Positions 59,624-64,000 of a stretch of 64,000 bases of DNA are shown here, in pieces. The notes under the pieces were generated by a model, which was not told the DNA's origin, ran no database searches, and saw only the letters and a program-made list of their open reading frames with translations. Origin of the DNA: a bacterium (GTDB lineage Bacteria; Krumholzibacteriota; Krumholzibacteriia; LZORAL124-64-63); the NCBI GenBank assembly GCA_031441465.1, contig JANOEP010000027.1:13572-77571 (forward strand). The letters are read 5' to 3'. The stretch's first letter is position 1. Each line of letters begins with the position of its first letter. The position numbers were made by a program, and so were the translations under genes.

Positions 59624-61234
59624 GTGAAGTCTAGCTGGCGACGCAGTGCGCTCCTGCTGCTGACCGCGGCCCTGACGGCCGGCTCCGCGGCGACCGCCGC
59701 GGCGGCGACGAAGCTCGAGGGGTACTACTCGATCTGGTCCGCCGCCGACCGCACCGACCGCAACTGGCATTTCGGGATGCCCTCCCACTACGCGGAGCTG
59801 AAGTTCCTCAACAACGCCAGCGAGGGCGTCGAGAGCTTCGTCAAGCTGCGCGTCAACGCCAACAGCGACGACGACCGCACCTCGTTCGTCGAGTACTACA
59901 CGCCGCCCTGGATCGCGGCGGAGGGGCACATCAAGTTCCGCAGCAAGGCCACCGAGACGATCCTGTTCTCGCGCCAGAACCACTTCTGGATCAACGACGA
60001 GCCCCTGTTCAACCTCGTCAGCGACGGCAAGCTGAAGAACGACAGCTACGGTCCGCAGTCCCAGGGCGTGCGCTTCGAGCTTTTCAACCACCGGCTGCCC
60101 GGGCTGGGCACGTGGGGCGCCGTCGCCATCTACAGCGACGACGGCGGCACCCACAACTGGGGGCAGGGCGACGTGCGCGACGGCGTCGACTCCTGGATCG
60201 TGCGCGTGCGCAACCGCTCCTGGGGCGACCGCCTGGTGGGCGGCCTGATGTTCCTGCGCAAGGACTGGACCGACACCGGTGCGCCGCTGGCCACGTCGCG
60301 GCTCGGCCTGATGAACAACCAGGTCTACGAAGCCGACCTGGCCTTCTTCCCCCACGACCTGGTCGCCGACGGTCTGCACCTCGGCCCGCTGGACCTGGAA
60401 CAGTCGCGCTGGACACTCGAATACGCGCTGAGCCGCGTGCCCTACCAGGAGCACATCAGCGGCCACCCCACCGATTTGAACCGCCTCTTCGGCGCCGAGG
60501 TGCGCGACATCCACGTCGGCAACCTCATCCTGCACGGCTGGTACCACGACGCCGGCGAGAACTTCCGCGACTTCCTCTCCGGGCGCTGGGACGACGAGCG
60601 CAAGTACAACCGGATCACCCAGCACGCCGAGGGCATCTTCTTCGTGCCCCGCAAGGCGATCACCGCCAAGGTCGCCTACGACAAGGAGCGGCTGCGGGTC
60701 CCGGACGAGATCGGCTTCGGGCTGCGCCCGTCCGAGACCTGGTACGGCGAGGTCTACGTCGAGTTCATCAAGGGGTTCAAGGGCAAGACCATCTACAAGC
60801 GCTGGCACGGCTTCGACGCCGATTCCGACGTCAACGCCTACGCCACCTACCCCGACCTGTTCGCCGAGCTGTCGGTCGAGAACTTCCTGGCGAAGATCCG
60901 CCTGCAGTTCCGCCTGCACGACTTCGACACCTTCCGCGAGTCGAGCGCCTACGGCTTCGACATGAACGTCAACATCACCGACAAGGTGAAGGGCTACCTG
61001 CGCATGCTCGACGCCCGCGACAGCGTCGAATCGCGCCAGACGGCCTTCGCCCAGCTGAAGTACGACCTCGGCTACGGCGCCGAGTTCTACTTCGAGTACG
61101 GCGACCCCGGCCAGTCCGACAACATCGTCTGGACGGACTGGTTCATCGGCTTCGTGGATCCGGACGCCAGCCGCACGCCCAACAGCCGGTTGTTCAAGGA
61201 CCGCCTGGCGATGTCCTTCCGGACCTGGTTCTGA
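59624..61234 (+). CDS. Outer-membrane beta-barrel protein (putative porin)
   Basis: Signal peptide, aromatic-rich amphipathic strands, C-terminal LAMSFRTWF (terminal Phe, BAM beta-signal-like). Confidence 0.7.
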   Translation: MKSSWRRSALLLLTAALTAGSAATAAAATKLEGYYSIWSAADRTDRNWHFGMPSHYAELKFLNNASEGVESFVKLRVNANSDDDRTSFVEYYTPPWIAAEGHIKFRSKATETILFSRQNHFWINDEPLFNLVSDGKLKNDSYGPQSQGVRFELFNHRLPGLGTWGAVAIYSDDGGTHNWGQGDVRDGVDSWIVRVRNRSWGDRLVGGLMFLRKDWTDTGAPLATSRLGLMNNQVYEADLAFFPHDLVADGLHLGPLDLEQSRWTLEYALSRVPYQEHISGHPTDLNRLFGAEVRDIHVGNLILHGWYHDAGENFRDFLSGRWDDERKYNRITQHAEGIFFVPRKAITAKVAYDKERLRVPDEIGFGLRPSETWYGEVYVEFIKGFKGKTIYKRWHGFDADSDVNAYATYPDLFAELSVENFLAKIRLQFRLHDFDTFRESSAYGFDMNVNITDKVKGYLRMLDARDSVESRQTAFAQLKYDLGYGAEFYFEYGDPGQSDNIVWTDWFIGFVDPDASRTPNSRLFKDRLAMSFRTWF

Positions 61235-61305
61235 CCGACGCCGCGCGGCCCGCGGGCCGCCTGTCCCCGCCGGCGCCGCCGGCGAGACCCGATAGGGAGC
61301 AAACG

Positions 61306-63354
61306 ATGCGCAAGCACGATCCGATCCTCCTGGCCGCCGCCCTGCTGCTCGGGACCCTGCTGCTCGCCGCTGCGCCGGCGGCCGCGGCCGTCAAGAGCGT
61401 GCCCGTCGGCGTGAAGTTCACCCACCAGGCGCCCGGCGCGGGCAAGGTGAACCTGGCCGGCTCGTTCAACGGCTGGGACGCCCAGCGCCATCCCCTGACC
61501 GACGAGGGCGGGGGCGTCTGGTCGATCGTGATGGCGCTCAAACCGGGCAAATACGACTACAAGTTCGTCGTGGACGGGGCCTGGTTCGCCGACGCGGAGA
61601 ACCCGGACTCCACACCGGACTCCTACGGCGGCACCAACTCGGCGATCCAGGTGGGCGACGACGGCAAGCTGGTCGCCGTGGCCGCCTCCGCGACGAAGGC
61701 GGCTCCCGCCACGACGCTCAACCCGAAGCTGACGTACAGCGGCCGCTACCTCGGGCGCTATCTGGCCTGGAAGGACCGCGACGGCGATCCCCGCTTCCGC
61801 ATGGAGCGCCCCGAGCAGAACGTCGATCTCAACTTCAACACCAAGGTGAGCGACGTCGTCGACGCCTACACCAGGCTGCGCCTGGACAACACGACCAACG
61901 TCGTGCTGAACAACATCCACGCCCAGCTCGACGAGGGCGCGATCGACGTCCACCCCGGCCCCTACCGGGTCCTGGGCTACTGGGACATGGAAACCCTGCA
62001 ACTGGGCGATCCGCTGAGCAGCGGCGGCGATGTCGATCTACCCGGCACGATCCTGGACGACCACCTCAAGGCGGGCAAGGGCACCGCCGGCGTCGTGGTC
62101 GCCGGCTCGCCCTTCGGCCTGATGTACGAGGGGTTCTTCGCCGACGTGCACGACGCGAACTACTACAACGACATCAACCTCTACGACAACACCGGCCGCG
62201 ACATCTTCGGCTCGCGCCTCTCCCACCAGGCGCTGGGCCTGACCTTCGGCGTGCCCTTGTACCTGCAGCGCGAGCTGGTCTGGGTCGAAATGACCAGCCT
62301 GCTGGGCCAGCCCGACGGTACCGGCATCGCGGCCCTGGACCGCTACCTGGACCTCACCGGCGACTCCAGCGACTGGTTCGAGCTGGACCGCTTCGACCTG
62401 CGCCTGGGCTTCGACCTCACCCGCGAGCTGTCGGACGGCCGCGGCCGCGCGCAGCTGGAGTGGTTGTACGCGGCGGCCGACGAGCGTTTCGTCACCGGCA
62501 GCCGCACCGGCTTCAACAACACCAACGGCCCGACCGACATCGACCTCTCCACGCGCGCCCGCCGCATCTGGCACGCCTCACTCGAGCAGACGCTGCGCCC
62601 GGGCCGCCGGGTGAACGTCGAGCACACCACCGTGACCGAGAGCGGCGCCCAGCCCGGCGAGGCTTCCACGAACTTCGTGTTCCTCGACCAGGCCAGCGCC
62701 AGCAATCGCGTCTACATCGCCTTCGGCCCGGCTCGGCCCGCAATGACGACCGAGTACACCGAGCTGACCTGGACCGAGGAGGCGGAGGACCGCAGCCACC
62801 TGCTGTGGGTGCAGCGCTACGCCGTTGCGGCGGACTACGCCGCGGCCGGCCTCGCGGCCCCTGACGGCGGGACGACCGCCGACGCGACGATCTGGTCGGT
62901 GGCGACCCGCCATGTCCTAGGCACTCCCGGCGACCGCTACGGGCACTGGGACCTCGAGGGCGCCTGGTCGGACCTGAACGACCACGTGACTCCCGCCCAC
63001 GGCCACAGCCTGGAGTGGATCCTGCGGGCCGACCGGCAGGTCTCGCGCCGCATGCACGCCTTGTTGAACCTGCGCTGGATCGGCTACCGGCTCGACGGCC
63101 TCGCGGGCGGCGACGACGAGTTCTTCGCGCCCTGGCTCGGCCTGCAGTACCAGCCCAGCCCGCGCCTGGACGTGACCTTCTTCTACGGCGTGGACCCGCT
63201 GGACTTCGGCATCGACTACGACGGCCGCGAGGTCGGGCGCTGGCGGTACCGCCGGCAGTACGTCCTGGACCACGCGGGCACGACGGAACTGGACGCCGAG
63301 CAGTCGCTCGCCGACGTCCAGGCCCTGGGCATCCGCGCCAACATGCGCTTCTAG
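61306..63354 (+). CDS. CBM48 (AMPK-beta-like glycogen-binding domain) fused to an outer-membrane beta-barrel
   Basis: Signal peptide; VNLAGSFNGW...GVWSIVMALKPGKYDYKFVVDGAWFADAENP...YGGTNS; Ala-rich linker; barrel ending GIRANMRF. Confidence 0.8.
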   Translation: MRKHDPILLAAALLLGTLLLAAAPAAAAVKSVPVGVKFTHQAPGAGKVNLAGSFNGWDAQRHPLTDEGGGVWSIVMALKPGKYDYKFVVDGAWFADAENPDSTPDSYGGTNSAIQVGDDGKLVAVAASATKAAPATTLNPKLTYSGRYLGRYLAWKDRDGDPRFRMERPEQNVDLNFNTKVSDVVDAYTRLRLDNTTNVVLNNIHAQLDEGAIDVHPGPYRVLGYWDMETLQLGDPLSSGGDVDLPGTILDDHLKAGKGTAGVVVAGSPFGLMYEGFFADVHDANYYNDINLYDNTGRDIFGSRLSHQALGLTFGVPLYLQRELVWVEMTSLLGQPDGTGIAALDRYLDLTGDSSDWFELDRFDLRLGFDLTRELSDGRGRAQLEWLYAAADERFVTGSRTGFNNTNGPTDIDLSTRARRIWHASLEQTLRPGRRVNVEHTTVTESGAQPGEASTNFVFLDQASASNRVYIAFGPARPAMTTEYTELTWTEEAEDRSHLLWVQRYAVAADYAAAGLAAPDGGTTADATIWSVATRHVLGTPGDRYGHWDLEGAWSDLNDHVTPAHGHSLEWILRADRQVSRRMHALLNLRWIGYRLDGLAGGDDEFFAPWLGLQYQPSPRLDVTFFYGVDPLDFGIDYDGREVGRWRYRRQYVLDHAGTTELDAEQSLADVQALGIRANMRF

Positions 63355-63367
63355 GAACGGGAGAGTG

Positions 63368-63811
63368 ATGAGCAAGCACCGACGTCCGCGACCGCTGCGC
63401 CCGACCGTCCTGCGCCCGATGATCCTGGGCTTGGCCGCCCTGCTGCTGCTCGGCGGCTGCGGCTACATGCGCGTGATCCGCACCCGCGTCCCGCCGCCGA
63501 AGCGCCTGGACGACGGCCTGGTCCGTTTCTTTTACGAGGCGCCCCAGGCCAAGCACGTGAACCTGTGCGGCAACTGGGACGAGAACGACTGGTGCAGCAC
63601 CCGCGGCACCGGCCGCTTCGACCACGAGATCGGCGCCATGCACGACGACGACGGCGACGGCATCTGGGAGATCCAGATCCACCTCGAACCCGGCCGCTAC
63701 GAGTACAAGTACGCCGTCGACTGGGGCATGCGCTGGGAGCAGGATCCCAGCAACCCGACGGGGCGGGACGACGGGTTCGGTGGGCAGAACTCCATCCTCA
63801 TCCTCAAGTAG
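63368..63811 (+). CDS. Small lipoprotein with a CBM48-like glycogen-binding domain
   Basis: Lipobox LGG-C; VRFFYEAPQAKHVNLCGNW...DGDGIWEI...LEPGRYEYKY...DPSNP...DGFGGQNS. Confidence 0.85.
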   Translation: MSKHRRPRPLRPTVLRPMILGLAALLLLGGCGYMRVIRTRVPPPKRLDDGLVRFFYEAPQAKHVNLCGNWDENDWCSTRGTGRFDHEIGAMHDDDGDGIWEIQIHLEPGRYEYKYAVDWGMRWEQDPSNPTGRDDGFGGQNSILILK

Positions 63812-63813
63812 CT

Positions 63814-63942
63814 CCATCGAGACGAGCGTGACAGGGGACGCGCTCCGGGCACCTCGTGTGCCCGGAGCGCTTGGCCTTCCGGCTCCTCCGCCATCCTGGC
63901 TGCGGAGCCTCCAGGACACCCCTGTCACGCTCGTCTCGATGG
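63814..63942. repeat. 129-bp palindromic element with 24-bp perfect terminal inverted repeats (MITE/REP-like or structured RNA)
   Basis: CCATCGAGACGAGCGTGACAGGGG (63814-63837) / CCCCTGTCACGCTCGTCTCGATGG (63919-63942), enclosing a 13-bp hairpin and a second hairpin. Confidence 0.7.
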
Positions 63943-63963
63943 GGCGCAGGCGGGTATTGCGGG

Positions 63964-63992
63964 TTGACTCGCGACGGTCTGGGCTATACTGT
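63964..63992 (+). promoter_or_regulatory. Putative sigma70 promoter for a gene beyond the window
   Basis: TTGACT followed by TATACT (15 bp spacer) or TACTGT (17 bp spacer). Confidence 0.45.
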
Positions 63993-64000
63993 GCATATGC

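Noticed and set aside
59624..63354. SusC/TonB-dependent receptor or LamB assignment for the barrels
   Set aside because: No TonB box, plug-domain or LamB motifs recognised; the barrel regions are much shorter than SusC.

Overview
Gene-dense, very GC-rich bacterial chromosomal window. I saw no rRNA, tRNA, CRISPR array, transposase or integrase. Several secreted proteins carry FlgD-Ig/T9SS-like C-terminal domains, there is a PorV-like barrel, and one protein ends in WGxVKxxY; together these suggest an uncultured FCB-group lineage such as Ca. Krumholzibacteriota/Latescibacterota (inference, not verified). The left half (1-31.6 kb) is mostly housekeeping: adenosine deaminase behind a long structured leader RNA, sahR-ahcY, lpdA, an MFS transporter, etfBA, a membrane Fe-S oxidoreductase, a nucleotide-sugar operon ending in a degenerate HemC-like gene, a PyrR-attenuated pyrR-B-C-(TPR)-K-D operon, dusB, a GT4 glycosyltransferase and a nitrilase. 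The right half (31.6-64 kb) is one ~32 kb alpha-glucan (starch/glycogen) locus. It holds glgC/glgA, two cytoplasmic GH57 enzymes, a MalEFGK-type ABC importer, an exported debranching enzyme, a secreted divergent GH57, a secreted multi-CBM-like protein, a 1992-aa surface protein paired with a PorV-like barrel, a second outer-membrane barrel, a CBM48-barrel fusion and a CBM48 lipoprotein. No SusC/SusD or TonB-dependent receptor is present in the window. This apparently SusCD-independent glucan capture/uptake/storage system is the main candidate for an undescribed system. All family calls come from motif recognition by eye; no database searches were run.
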